Assembly (NCBI GenBank): GCA_903917615.1
Contig: CAIXBH010000093.1
Location: 1 to 54,500 of the forward strand
Length of the DNA: 54,500 nucleotides
Source: an uncultured Chloroflexota bacterium
GTDB lineage: Bacteria; Chloroflexota; Dehalococcoidia; UBA2979
Direction of reading: 5' to 3'
Position numbers and translations under genes: made by a program. Below, one piece after another: positions 45,793 to 54,445 of this stretch; position 1 is the stretch's first letter, and the number at the start of each line of letters is the position of its first letter. The notes beneath the pieces were generated by a model. It worked only from the letters and a program-made list of their open reading frames with translations, made no database searches and was not told the DNA's origin.

Positions 45793-47412
45793 TCAGCGGC
45801 GCGCGGCGAGGTCTTCGAGAATCAGCTCGCTCGCTCGCTCCGCGATCATCATCGTCGGCGTGTTCGTGTTGCCGGAGGTCAGCGTGGGCATGACCGAGGC
45901 GTCCACCACACGGAGACCCTGAACGCCGCGGACCCGCAGGCGGGCGTCGACGACGGCCATCGGGTCGGTGTCGGGGCCCATCTTGCAGGTGCCCACCGGA
46001 TGAAAGATCGTCGCGCCGATATCGCCCGCGGCGCGGGCGAGTTCCTCGTCCGTCTGGTACGAAGCGCCCGGCAGGTACTCCTCGGGCGCGAACGGCCGCA
46101 TCGCCGGTGCGGCCATGATGCGGCGCGTCAGGCGCAGGGCATCCGCCGCGACGAGGCGGTCATCCTCATCGTCCAGGTAGTTCGGCGCGATGCTGGGCGC
46201 ATCGTGCGCGTCACTCGTCGCGATGCGCACCCACCCACGCGAACGCGGCTGCAGGTTGCATACGGATGCGGTGAATGCCGGGAACGTGTGCAGCGGCGAA
46301 CCGAACTTGTCGAGCGAGAGCGGCTGGATGTGGTACTCGAGGTTCGCGCGTGTCCTGGACGGATCGGAGCGGGTGAACGCGCCGAGCTGGGATGGCGCCA
46401 TCGTCAGCGGGCCACGACGCGTAAACGCGTACTGCAGCGCCATCTCGATGCGGCCCGTCGGGCGGTGGTACCACTCGTTCAGGGTGCGCACGTTCTGGAC
46501 CTTGTAGATCGTCCGCAGTTGCAGATGGTCCTGCAGATTCTCGCCGACGCCCGGGAGATCGACCGCCACCGGCACGCCGCGGTCACGCAACAACGAGGCC
46601 GGCCCAACGCCTGACAACTGCAGGATCTGCGGCGAACCGATCGATCCTGCCGACAGGATGGTCTCGACACGCGACTGCGCCGAGCGCTGAACGGCGCCTT
46701 CAAGAAACTCGATACCACTGATCCGCGTTCCCTCGAACGTGAGTCGCTGCACGAGCGCGCCGGTCACAACGGTGAGGTTCGGGCGTTGCATCGCCGGGCG
46801 AAGAAACGCCTTCGACGCACTCCAGCGAACACCGTTGCGCTGGTTCACCTCGAAGTAGCCGCAGCCCTCGTTGTCGCCGCGATTGAAGTCATCGGTTTCA
46901 GGGATGCCGGACTGCTTCGCCGCCTCGCGGAAGGACTCGAGGAGCTTCCACTTGAGGCGCTGCCGCTCCACCCGCCACTCGCCGCCCTCGCCGTGGAACT
47001 CGTCGGCGCCGAGGTGATAGTCCTCGAAGCGTTTGAAGATCGGCAGCACATCGTCCCAGCCCCAGCCTGGATTGCCGAGGCCTGCCCAGCCGTCGTAGTC
47101 CTCGCGCTGTCCGCGAATACAGAGCATCGCGTTAATTGACGAACTGCCGCCGAGCACCCGTCCCCGCGCGTAGCCGATCGCGCGCCCGTTCAGGCCGGGT
47201 TCCTCCCGCGTCGTATAGCACCAGTCGGTGCGCGGATTCCCGATGCAGTACAGGTACCCGACGGGAATGTGAATCCAGATCCAGTTGTCTTTACCGCCCG
47301 CCTCGAGCAGCAGCACGCGCACCTTTGGATCGCGCGTCAGCCGGTTCGCGAGGACGCATCCGGCGCTGCCCGCGCCGACGATGATGTAGTCAAAGGTGCC
47401 CAGAGACTGCAT
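45793..47412 (-). CDS. GMC-family FAD oxidoreductase (choline/alcohol dehydrogenase-like)
   Basis: [20 protein letters not shown]-terminus and HPVGTCKMG near the C-terminus. The listed 944-aa ORF runs through the tRNA and integrase antisense and is rejected upstream of ATG 47412. Confidence 0.85.
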   Translation of the reverse strand: MQSLGTFDYIIVGAGSAGCVLANRLTRDPKVRVLLLEAGGKDNWIWIHIPVGYLYCIGNPRTDWCYTTREEPGLNGRAIGYARGRVLGGSSSINAMLCIRGQREDYDGWAGLGNPGWGWDDVLPIFKRFEDYHLGADEFHGEGGEWRVERQRLKWKLLESFREAAKQSGIPETDDFNRGDNEGCGYFEVNQRNGVRWSASKAFLRPAMQRPNLTVVTGALVQRLTFEGTRISGIEFLEGAVQRSAQSRVETILSAGSIGSPQILQLSGVGPASLLRDRGVPVAVDLPGVGENLQDHLQLRTIYKVQNVRTLNEWYHRPTGRIEMALQYAFTRRGPLTMAPSQLGAFTRSDPSRTRANLEYHIQPLSLDKFGSPLHTFPAFTASVCNLQPRSRGWVRIATSDAHDAPSIAPNYLDDEDDRLVAADALRLTRRIMAAPAMRPFAPEEYLPGASYQTDEELARAAGDIGATIFHPVGTCKMGPDTDPMAVVDARLRVRGVQGLRVVDASVMPTLTSGNTNTPTMMIAERASELILEDLAARR

Positions 47413-47655
47413 GGGGGCCCCGATCTGCGCCACGATGGGATGCCACATCCTAAGAGGTTGGAGCATTGGAAGGGGCCCTGGAGTGCTCGGACTCCCTGGG
47501 GCATCAGGAGCACCGCCCGGACCGCTCTCAGCGCCAGCGCGTGAGCCGTGCGACCCCGATGGGACTCGGAGCACCCGAGGCATCTGCTGCAGGATCATCA
47601 GAGGGTCGCCAACTCGGGCCGTCGATCGGTATGATGTGCGCGAATCCGGAGCGAC

Positions 47656-47731
47656 GCGGGAGTAGCTCAGTTGGCAGAGCATCTGCTTCCCAAGCAGAGG
47701 GTCGCCGGTTCGAATCCGGTCTCCCGCTCCA
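47656..47731 (+). tRNA. tRNA-Gly (anticodon CCC)
   Basis: Folds by eye. Acceptor GCGGGAG/CTCCCGC, D arm GCTC-AGTTGGCA-GAGC, anticodon arm TCTGC-TTCCCAA-GCAGA, T arm GCCGG-TTCGAAT-CCGGT, discriminator T, encoded CCA. Confidence 0.9.
47687..47731 (+). repeat. att copy 1 (3' 45 nt of tRNA-Gly; attL of element 1)
   Basis: Identical 45-mer ttcccaagcagagggtcgccggttcgaatccggtctcccgctcca recurs at 52637 and 54446. Confidence 0.9.
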
Positions 47732-47838
47732 AACCACGAATCCCTTGCAAATAAAGGGGTTCCGGTACTTGAGAACGTACGTTCTACGAAGTACAGTGGT
47801 CCTGGAGCAGATAACTGACCTCTGCTCGGGAGCTCACC

Positions 47839-48774
47839 GTGCAGATCCAGAACCGCGTTCAGGAGCAGTCTGAGACAGATTCGCTCGCAAATTTCCGCTC
47901 TCTTGCGGAATCGTTCCGGCGCACACTTCTCGCCGAGAACAAGTCTCCTCGCACCGTCGCCACGTACACCGAATCGCTGAAGGCGTTCGGGAGCTTCGTC
48001 GCGTCGCAGGGCATGCCCAGCGACCCGGCGCACGTCAGGCGTGAACACGTCGAGGCGTTCATCTCGTATCTGCTCGAACGGTACAAGCCTGCGACGGCCA
48101 GCAACCGCTACCGAGGGCTTCAGGCGTTCTTCCGCTGGTGTGTCGAGGAAGGGGAGCTGAAGGCGTCGCCGATGGCGAAGATGAGCCCGCCGCACGTCCC
48201 TGAGACCCCGCCCGATGTGCTGAGTGATGCGGAACTCACGCGACTCCTGCGGGCTTGTGCCGGTGAGGGCTTCGAGGAACGACGCGACACCGCCATCATC
48301 CGGCTGTTCATCGACACGGGTTGTCGCCTGTCCGAAGTGACCGGCCTCAACGTCGAGGATGTGGACTTCGAGCAGAACGTGATCGTGGTGCTGGGCAAGG
48401 GACGGCGGCCGCGTGCGTGTCCCTTCGGTCGCAAGACGGCACGTGCACTCGACCGCTACCTCCGCAAGCGTTCGCAGCAACGCCTCGCAAGCGCGAAGGA
48501 ATTCTGGCTCGGGCACGCGGGACCGATGACGAGTTGGGGCATCGCCGATGTGATCCGACGGCGGGCAATCGTCGCAGGCGTGGAGGGTGTGCACCCGCAC
48601 CGCTTCCGTCACACCTACGCGCATCAATGGCTCGCGTCCGGTGGCAACGAGGGCGACCTGATGCGGCTCGCGGGGTGGCGCTCGCGCACGATGCTTTCTC
48701 GCTATGGGGCGAGTGCTGCGGATGAGCGAGCAAGGGCGGCGTACACGATGCGGTCGCCAGGCGATCGGCTCTGA
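47839..48774 (+). CDS. Tyrosine recombinase/integrase (XerC/D-like phage integrase family)
   Basis: SAM-like N-domain ([29 protein letters not shown]). Catalytic region with [23 protein letters not shown] and MLSRYG (R..HxxR..Y). GGGAG RBS before GTG. Confidence 0.9.
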   Translation: MQIQNRVQEQSETDSLANFRSLAESFRRTLLAENKSPRTVATYTESLKAFGSFVASQGMPSDPAHVRREHVEAFISYLLERYKPATASNRYRGLQAFFRWCVEEGELKASPMAKMSPPHVPETPPDVLSDAELTRLLRACAGEGFEERRDTAIIRLFIDTGCRLSEVTGLNVEDVDFEQNVIVVLGKGRRPRACPFGRKTARALDRYLRKRSQQRLASAKEFWLGHAGPMTSWGIADVIRRRAIVAGVEGVHPHRFRHTYAHQWLASGGNEGDLMRLAGWRSRTMLSRYGASAADERARAAYTMRSPGDRL

Positions 48775-48776
48775 AC

Positions 48777-49400
48777 GTGACCGACGACGCTGCGTTCGAG
48801 CGGTACCACGTCCTGTTGTTCCGACGACAGCCGCTCACGCTGCCATTGGTCGGACAGGTGGGGCTGCCTGGGGCCTACCCGGTCTTCAGCGTGTGGCCCA
48901 TCGAGGGCATCAGTTCGGACGCGCGAGTTGGGCGCTGGCGGCACTTCGAGGGCGATGTGCTGCGCGCCCACTTCGGCAAGCGTTGGCCGAAGGTGCTGGC
49001 GGACGAGCTCACCCCGGAGCGGCAGGCGTATCTCCGCATCGACGGCGAGGACGCCTCGGGCCAGCGGTATCGGCTCCCGCGTGTCGTCGTAGTCGAGTCG
49101 GCAGCGACCGAGGTTCCCGCGCGTCGTGGCGGGCGGCGCGCAGGGTCAGGTATGGGCGTCCTCGTGCGTCACCTTCGCGAGGTCGAGGGCATCGAGGACT
49201 ACCACGCCATCCTCGCGCTCTGCGAGCGCAGCGGCCTCGCGTGGGTGCACGAGGCGTTGGAGGCATCGGGGGCGCTGCCGAGTGACCGCGTAGCGATGCT
49301 GAGGAAGGCGTTCAGCAACGGGAAGCGGACGCATCAGGTGTCGTGCCCGTACTGCACGAACGGCCTGCCGGAGCCGTGGAGAACGCTGCTCGCGGCCTAG
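48777..49400 (+). CDS. Hypothetical protein (element 1)
   Basis: High-GC3 ORF starting 3 nt after the integrase stop. No recognisable motif apart from a C-terminal CPYC. Confidence 0.45.
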   Translation: MTDDAAFERYHVLLFRRQPLTLPLVGQVGLPGAYPVFSVWPIEGISSDARVGRWRHFEGDVLRAHFGKRWPKVLADELTPERQAYLRIDGEDASGQRYRLPRVVVVESAATEVPARRGGRRAGSGMGVLVRHLREVEGIEDYHAILALCERSGLAWVHEALEASGALPSDRVAMLRKAFSNGKRTHQVSCPYCTNGLPEPWRTLLAA

Positions 49401-49471
49401 AAATGGCCTCGGCGCGAATGTAGGTCGTATCCAGCGCAGACCGGCCCACGCTTCGCCGATAGGTTCGCTGC

Positions 49472-49714
49472 ATGGACAGCGCAGCGAGCCAACGAGCACG
49501 CATCGCCGCTTACACGCGGTGGTCGAGGACGCCCGACGCGGCGAGCGCGACAGCGCCGGCGCGGCGGGCGTTCGACCTACGTTTCGAGCGCGAAGTGGAC
49601 CCCGACGGCTCCCTGTCGCCCGAGGTGCGCCGCACCCTCGCGGAACGCGCCCGAAAGGCGTACTTCGCACGGCTCGCCTATGCCTCCGCAAAGGCTCGGC
49701 GGCACCGTCGATGA
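49472..49714 (+). CDS. Small basic protein of the kind commonly found next to rep genes in actinobacterial integrative elements
   Basis: The pattern YTRWSRTPD..ATAPARRAF..RFEREVDPDG.L.P..R...AE.ARKAYFARLA is recalled from such elements. ATGA overlap with the next gene. Confidence 0.55.
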   Translation: MDSAASQRARIAAYTRWSRTPDAASATAPARRAFDLRFEREVDPDGSLSPEVRRTLAERARKAYFARLAYASAKARRHRR

Positions 49715-50703
49715 CCCGCCATGACGACTCCACCCTGCCCCCGACCACTAACAGGGGGGCAGAAATTACCGACTCTATGGCCGGTATCGACTGGCTGGAG
49801 TTCTCCGTCACCGAGTCAGATTGGAACCGGATAGCGGAGCGGCTGACCTTTGACGGCGACGCATGGCGAGAGCTCGACCATGGGGCGCTCGGCTACGCGC
49901 ACTACGCGGTGAGCGACCGCGAGATTGACGTGATGTGGGACGAGCGGCGTCCAGAGGTTCACGTGCGACTCACCGGGAAAGCCTGCTCCCGGCTCGCCGA
50001 GGACGTACTGCTGTCGGTGGTGGGCTGGGTGACGAGTCAGGGTGGCGGCTTCTCGCGCATCGACGTACAGGCGACCGTCCCCTATGCCGTCGCGACCGTG
50101 GAGCAATTCGGCGAAGCCATCGAGCGCGGCGAACACGTGACCCGCGTGCATCAGGCAGGACTCACGCGACAGTTGTCGTTGCGACGCTCGGAGTTCGACC
50201 GACTGCTCGGACGGACGCTGTATGTCGGCTCCCCGACCAGTCGGCGGCGGCTCCGTGTGTACGACAAGGGCATCGAGTCGGGCGGCCTCATCGACGGCAC
50301 ACGCATCGAGCTCCAGGAGCGTGACGAGGCCGCGGACGAGTGCGCGCGGCAACTGCTCGGTTCGGAGCCGCTGGCGGTGGTGTTCGCCGGCAGACTCGCC
50401 GGGTTCCTCGACTTCCGCGAGCGGGACGGCGAGAACGTGACGCGCTGGCGTCGGTCAGCCTGGTACGAACGCCTCATCGGAGAAGTGGGACGAGCTCGCG
50501 CCGTCGCCCCGGTCGAGGACACCACGCCCGAACAAGCGGAGGAATGGGTACGGCGTCAGGTCTCACCGACCTTCGCCGCTCTCGCTCGGTTGGGAATGTT
50601 GGACGTCGGCGCGCTGCTCGACGAGGGACGGAAGCGGCTCAACCCGAAGCACCAACGCTGGCTGCGCGCGGCGCGGGTCAAGGCCGAACGAGGCGAGCCG
50701 TAG
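49711..50703 (+). CDS. Rolling-circle-type replication initiation protein (Rep_trans/RepSA-like)
   Basis: GIDWLEFSV, RIDVQATVP, LYVGSPTSRRRLRVYDKGIE and TRIELQERDE motifs. Confidence 0.7.
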   Translation: MTRHDDSTLPPTTNRGAEITDSMAGIDWLEFSVTESDWNRIAERLTFDGDAWRELDHGALGYAHYAVSDREIDVMWDERRPEVHVRLTGKACSRLAEDVLLSVVGWVTSQGGGFSRIDVQATVPYAVATVEQFGEAIERGEHVTRVHQAGLTRQLSLRRSEFDRLLGRTLYVGSPTSRRRLRVYDKGIESGGLIDGTRIELQERDEAADECARQLLGSEPLAVVFAGRLAGFLDFRERDGENVTRWRRSAWYERLIGEVGRARAVAPVEDTTPEQAEEWVRRQVSPTFAALARLGMLDVGALLDEGRKRLNPKHQRWLRAARVKAERGEP

Positions 50704-50709
50704 GGTGGT

Positions 50710-51777
50710 ATGAATGGCGCGCCAGTCAGACGCTGCTCGGTGCGCCAGTCGATGGACGCGGTTTCGGAGACTCAGATGGAAACAGTGGGAGTCCTGCTCG
50801 CACTAGTTGGAATGGTGGCCTTCGTAATTGGGGCTGTTTGCGTCGTCTACCCGATTCGCCGTCTGCGTGTGAGCAACCGGAGAATTGCGGCGGGGGTGCT
50901 GCTCGCCGGGGTCGTCCTGTTCGCGGTAGGTGGCGCGTTGCTCCCACCGTCGTCGCGAACGTCGGGGGGCACGGTAGCCGCGTCGCCGACAGCGACCCAG
51001 GTCGCCACAAACGTCCCAGTCAGCCAGGCAACGTCAGTACCGAACGCGAACGGCTCCGCTAGCCCGAGCGCCGGGAACGCCACCGGAAACATAGACACGG
51101 GCAGCCGTCCGGGCGTCCCGATGCCCGACCCGCGTCTCACGCCGGGCGATACGTTCACCGTGACGGTCACTCAGATCTGCGTATCCGGTTACAGCGCGAG
51201 TGTTCGCGATGTACCAGACTCAGAAAAGACACAGGTCTACGCGCAATACGGCATTACGTCGCATCCAACGGGAGCGTATGAGATCGACCATCTCATCCCG
51301 CTCGAAATTGGCGGGTCGAACGATATCCGGAATCTGTGGCCGCAGCCCGAGCAGGGTGACGCGGGTTCGCTCGTCAAAGACAAGCTGGAGAACAAGCTGC
51401 ACGCGCTTGTGTGCGCAGGACAACTCGACTTGGCGGTCGCGCAGCGCGAGATCGCGGGGGATTGGTACAGTGCTTATCTCCGGTATGTGCTGAATACAAA
51501 TGCGCCGTCCGCAGCGGGCAGTCCCGGTCCAGTCGCGGCAACGTCGGCGCCTTTGAATGTTCCGACAGCTCTCCCGACGCCGACGGATGCCGCACCAACC
51601 GCGACGCAGACTGCGGTTGCGCCCGCCGCTACCGCCGCTCCCGCACCCTCCCAGAACGTGGTAACGGCGGGTGCGTTCTGCAGCCCGGGGGGAGCCACGG
51701 GTGTCACCAAGACAGGGTTGCAGATGGTCTGCACCACCTCGGCAACCGACTCGCGCAATCGCTGGCGTCAGCCGTAA
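50710..51777 (+). CDS. Membrane-anchored HNH-like endonuclease-family protein
   Basis: Two N-terminal TM helices and a low-complexity linker. Then ICVSGYSASVRDVP...YEIDHLIPLEIGGSNDIRNLWPQP...KDKLENKLH, an HNH-like motif seen in actinobacterial exported proteins. Confidence 0.6.
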   Translation: MNGAPVRRCSVRQSMDAVSETQMETVGVLLALVGMVAFVIGAVCVVYPIRRLRVSNRRIAAGVLLAGVVLFAVGGALLPPSSRTSGGTVAASPTATQVATNVPVSQATSVPNANGSASPSAGNATGNIDTGSRPGVPMPDPRLTPGDTFTVTVTQICVSGYSASVRDVPDSEKTQVYAQYGITSHPTGAYEIDHLIPLEIGGSNDIRNLWPQPEQGDAGSLVKDKLENKLHALVCAGQLDLAVAQREIAGDWYSAYLRYVLNTNAPSAAGSPGPVAATSAPLNVPTALPTPTDAAPTATQTAVAPAATAAPAPSQNVVTAGAFCSPGGATGVTKTGLQMVCTTSATDSRNRWRQP

Positions 51778-52023
51778 GGCTAGGTTGGTCGCGGTTAGCC
51801 GCTGCATCCCGGCCACCGATGGCCGCGTGCGGCGCGGGTCAAGGCCGAGCGAAGCGAGCCGCAGGGAAGCCTTGATGCGCGTCGTACGCCTGCACGCTGG
51901 GCACGCGGCGAGTACCGGCGACAGTCGGCGCTCGCCGCTCCATGCTCTGCTATTCTCCTGACGCTCGACCTGCAGGCGGCCCTATCGAATCGGTACGCCG
52001 CGACAGCCGCGACGGAGGACAAC

Positions 52024-52536
52024 ATGACGCGATGGACTGGGATGGCGATCCTCTCGCTTGCGCTCAGTCTTGCGGTCGCAGCGTGCGACGGTGCAAGCGA
52101 CACGAAGGGCGCAAGCACCGCCCCAGCAACGAGCAGCACGACGGGTACAGCAACGAGTGGTCCGACGGGGGAGATATCTCCAGCGGCCCTCGCAGAACGT
52201 TTGAAGGGAAGTGCCGCTGCGGATGGTGAAGTCCGGGGAGCGTTCGTGAGTTGGCTCACCTCTACGGTCTGCGCACCTGGGTCGCCAGGCGACCCGCAAG
52301 CTAACTGGTGCGGGGGAATCCAAGGGGTCGCCTTCGCCAATCAAACGTTGACGGCACGGGTTTCACTCCCGAACAACAACGCCAAGCCCGATGCGGTTCT
52401 GGTATGTCAACGATTCTCAACGTTCGTCTTCAATAACCTGTATGCGAAGTACGGGCTCCAGAACGTGGTCCTCGTCTCGGACACGGACGGCAAGACGTTG
52501 GCGCAGCGTCGAGGCATTGCGGGCGGTTGCGGTTGA
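52024..52536 (+). CDS. Hypothetical lipoprotein
   Basis: Signal peptide with lipobox LAVAAC. Confidence 0.6.
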   Translation: MTRWTGMAILSLALSLAVAACDGASDTKGASTAPATSSTTGTATSGPTGEISPAALAERLKGSAAADGEVRGAFVSWLTSTVCAPGSPGDPQANWCGGIQGVAFANQTLTARVSLPNNNAKPDAVLVCQRFSTFVFNNLYAKYGLQNVVLVSDTDGKTLAQRRGIAGGCG

Positions 52537-52636
52537 ACGGGTTGACCGTCCCGCTCGACGCCTTTGCCGCCACCCGATAACTGGACCGATTCCGGCAGCA
52601 GTAGCACGTCTGCAGCACAGCGCATCGTATAAGATG

Positions 52637-52681
52637 GTTCCCAAGCAGAGGGTCGCCGGTTCGAATCCGGTCTCCCGCTCC
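52637..52681 (+). repeat. att copy 2 (attR of element 1 / attL of element 2)
   Basis: Exact 45-bp copy of the tRNA-Gly 3' end. No 5' tRNA half precedes it. Confidence 0.9.
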
Positions 52682-52803
52682 ATTACACACGATCCCTTGT
52701 AATTCCAAGGGATCCGGGCTTCCGGAGGGCCTCCGGAGGCCTTTTCCCGATATCCCCGATGGCGCGCGAGCCGATAACTGAACCTCGACCCGAGGAGGTT
52801 CAG

Positions 52804-53760
52804 ATGTCCCAGAGATCCCAGCAAACCAGCCAGATTCGCCCGTTCGGCACACCCGAAACCGACCCACTGTCGGAAAGTTATCGGGCCTTGGTGGCGAGCT
52901 TCCGCAGGAAGCTGCTCGCCGAAAACAAGTCGCCACGGACCATCCAGACGTACGGCGAAGCCCTTCGGCTATTCGACGCGTTTCTCGTCGAACAGGGCAT
53001 GCCGCTCGCGCTCCCGCACATCCGTCGGGAACACGTCGAAGCGTTCATGACCGACTTGCTCGCCCGGTATCGGCCGGCGACTGCGGCAAACCGCTATCGC
53101 ACGCTCAACCTCTTCTTCGCCTGGTGCGTGGCCGAGGGAGAGATCACCCGTTCCCCCATGCAGCGGATGCAGCCGCCGATCGTGCCGGTCGTGCCGCCTG
53201 CCGTGCTGACGGCGGATGAACTGACACGTCTGTTCAAGGTCTGTCAGGGCACGCTGTTCCGGGAGCGCCGAGATATGGCAATCCTCCGGCTGTTCGTCGA
53301 CACCGGCATGCGTGTCGGGGAGCTCGCGTGGATCCAATTGGAGGACCTCGATCGCGAGTACAACGTGGTCGCGGTCCTCGGTAAGAATCGCCGGCCGCGA
53401 CTATGCCCCTTCGGCCGGAAGACGGCGCTCGCGCTGGATCGCTACCTCCGCCTCCGTGCGCAACGGAAAGACGCGCACCAGCCCACACTCTGGCTCGGGA
53501 GCGGTGGTCCCATGACCCTGAACGGCATCGCGCATATGGTGCGCCGGCGAGCGGCCGAGGCCGGCCTCGATCACGTCCATCCGCACCGGTTCCGCCACAC
53601 GTTTGCGCACGAATGGCTGGCCGCCGGCGGCGCCGAGATCGACCTGATGCAACTCGCCGGGTGGCACTCCCGGACCATGCTCGCGCGCTACGGCGCAAGC
53701 GCCGCTGCCGAGCGCGCGCGGGATGCCCATCGCCGTCTGGCGCTCGGCGATCGGTTCTAG
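52804..53760 (+). CDS. Tyrosine recombinase/integrase, paralog of 47839..48774
   Basis: Collinear similarity to integrase 1 ([55 protein letters not shown]). GAGGAGG lies 5 nt upstream of ATG 52804 (ORF opens at 52759). Confidence 0.9.
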   Translation: MSQRSQQTSQIRPFGTPETDPLSESYRALVASFRRKLLAENKSPRTIQTYGEALRLFDAFLVEQGMPLALPHIRREHVEAFMTDLLARYRPATAANRYRTLNLFFAWCVAEGEITRSPMQRMQPPIVPVVPPAVLTADELTRLFKVCQGTLFRERRDMAILRLFVDTGMRVGELAWIQLEDLDREYNVVAVLGKNRRPRLCPFGRKTALALDRYLRLRAQRKDAHQPTLWLGSGGPMTLNGIAHMVRRRAAEAGLDHVHPHRFRHTFAHEWLAAGGAEIDLMQLAGWHSRTMLARYGASAAAERARDAHRRLALGDRF

Positions 53761-53869
53761 AGGTGAGTTGCGAACCTGCCAGCGTTAGCGGAACCTGCGA
53801 TGGCCGGCGCGGCGAACCGGGGCCCGGTCCCGCGAACGCCAACGAGACAGCGTCGGGGAGGCGTGACTG

Positions 53870-54100
53870 ATGCCCGAGCGGCTTCCCCGGGTCACCTCGT
53901 CGGAGCTGCTAGCGGCACTGCGTCGCGCCGGTTGGGGAATAGTGCGCCAACGGGGCAGTCATGCACGGCTGGCCCATCCCGAGCGAGGTGGGCGTGTCAC
54001 GGTCTCCGTGCATGCCCGCGACATCGTGAAACCCGGCACGCTCCGCGCCATCCTGGAGCAGGCTGGCCTCACAGTCGACGAACTGGTTGAGTTACTTTAG
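53870..54100 (+). CDS. hicA: HicA-family mRNA interferase toxin
   Basis: 76 aa. The pattern LLAALRRAGWGIVRQRGSHARLAHPERGGRVTVSVHARDIVKPGTLRAILEQAGL is typical of HicA/YcfA. Confidence 0.85.
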   Translation: MPERLPRVTSSELLAALRRAGWGIVRQRGSHARLAHPERGGRVTVSVHARDIVKPGTLRAILEQAGLTVDELVELL

Positions 54101-54122
54101 AGGCGCATCCGTGGAGGAAAGC

Positions 54123-54350
54123 ATGAAGCGCTACACGGTGGTTCTGATTCCCGAGCCCGAGGAGGGCGGCTACTCCGTGACAGTGCCCGCGTTGCCGGGA
54201 CTGTTCACCCAAGGTGAGTCGAAGGACGAGGCACTGCAGGCCGCCCGCGAGGCGATTGCGTTCCACCTCGAATGCCTGGCAGAAGAAGGCGCGGCGATCC
54301 CCGAGGACGACGGTGTCGTTTTCGAGCACGTGGACGTTGCGGTCGCCTGA
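54123..54350 (+). CDS. hicB: HicB-family antitoxin (UPF0150 fold)
   Basis: MKRYTVVLIPEPEEGGYSVTVPALPGLFTQGESKDEALQAAREAIAFHLE. GGAGGAAAGC ATG. Confidence 0.85.
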   Translation: MKRYTVVLIPEPEEGGYSVTVPALPGLFTQGESKDEALQAAREAIAFHLECLAEEGAAIPEDDGVVFEHVDVAVA

Positions 54351-54445
54351 CGCCTGAATGCGTCAGCGGGTTCATTGAGGCCCGATAACTTTGGTGACTT
54401 CCGCGGCACCAGCGAATCTGGACCGCGGTGGAAGCGAGCCATGAG

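Larger units (their letters stand above)
47687..52681 (+). mobile_element. Integrative element 1 (~4.9 kb) at tRNA-Gly: integrase, Rep_trans initiator, HNH-like membrane protein, lipoprotein
   Basis: Bounded by identical 45-bp direct repeats. The integrase gene lies ~100 nt from the tRNA 3' end. Confidence 0.8.

Noticed and set aside
47528-47737. ORFs antisense to or crossing the tRNA and att copies (47528..47737 -, 52417..52824 -, 52430..52936 -) containing DSNRRPSAWEADALPTEL- or GDRIRTGDPLLG-type peptides.
   Set aside because: These are the well-known spurious translations of tRNA sequence.
48704-49285. 193-aa ORF overlapping the 207-aa element-1 ORF in another frame.
   Set aside because: Its translation is Arg/Gly/Ala-rich noise. 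The 48777..49400 frame has the better GC3 pattern and abuts the integrase stop.
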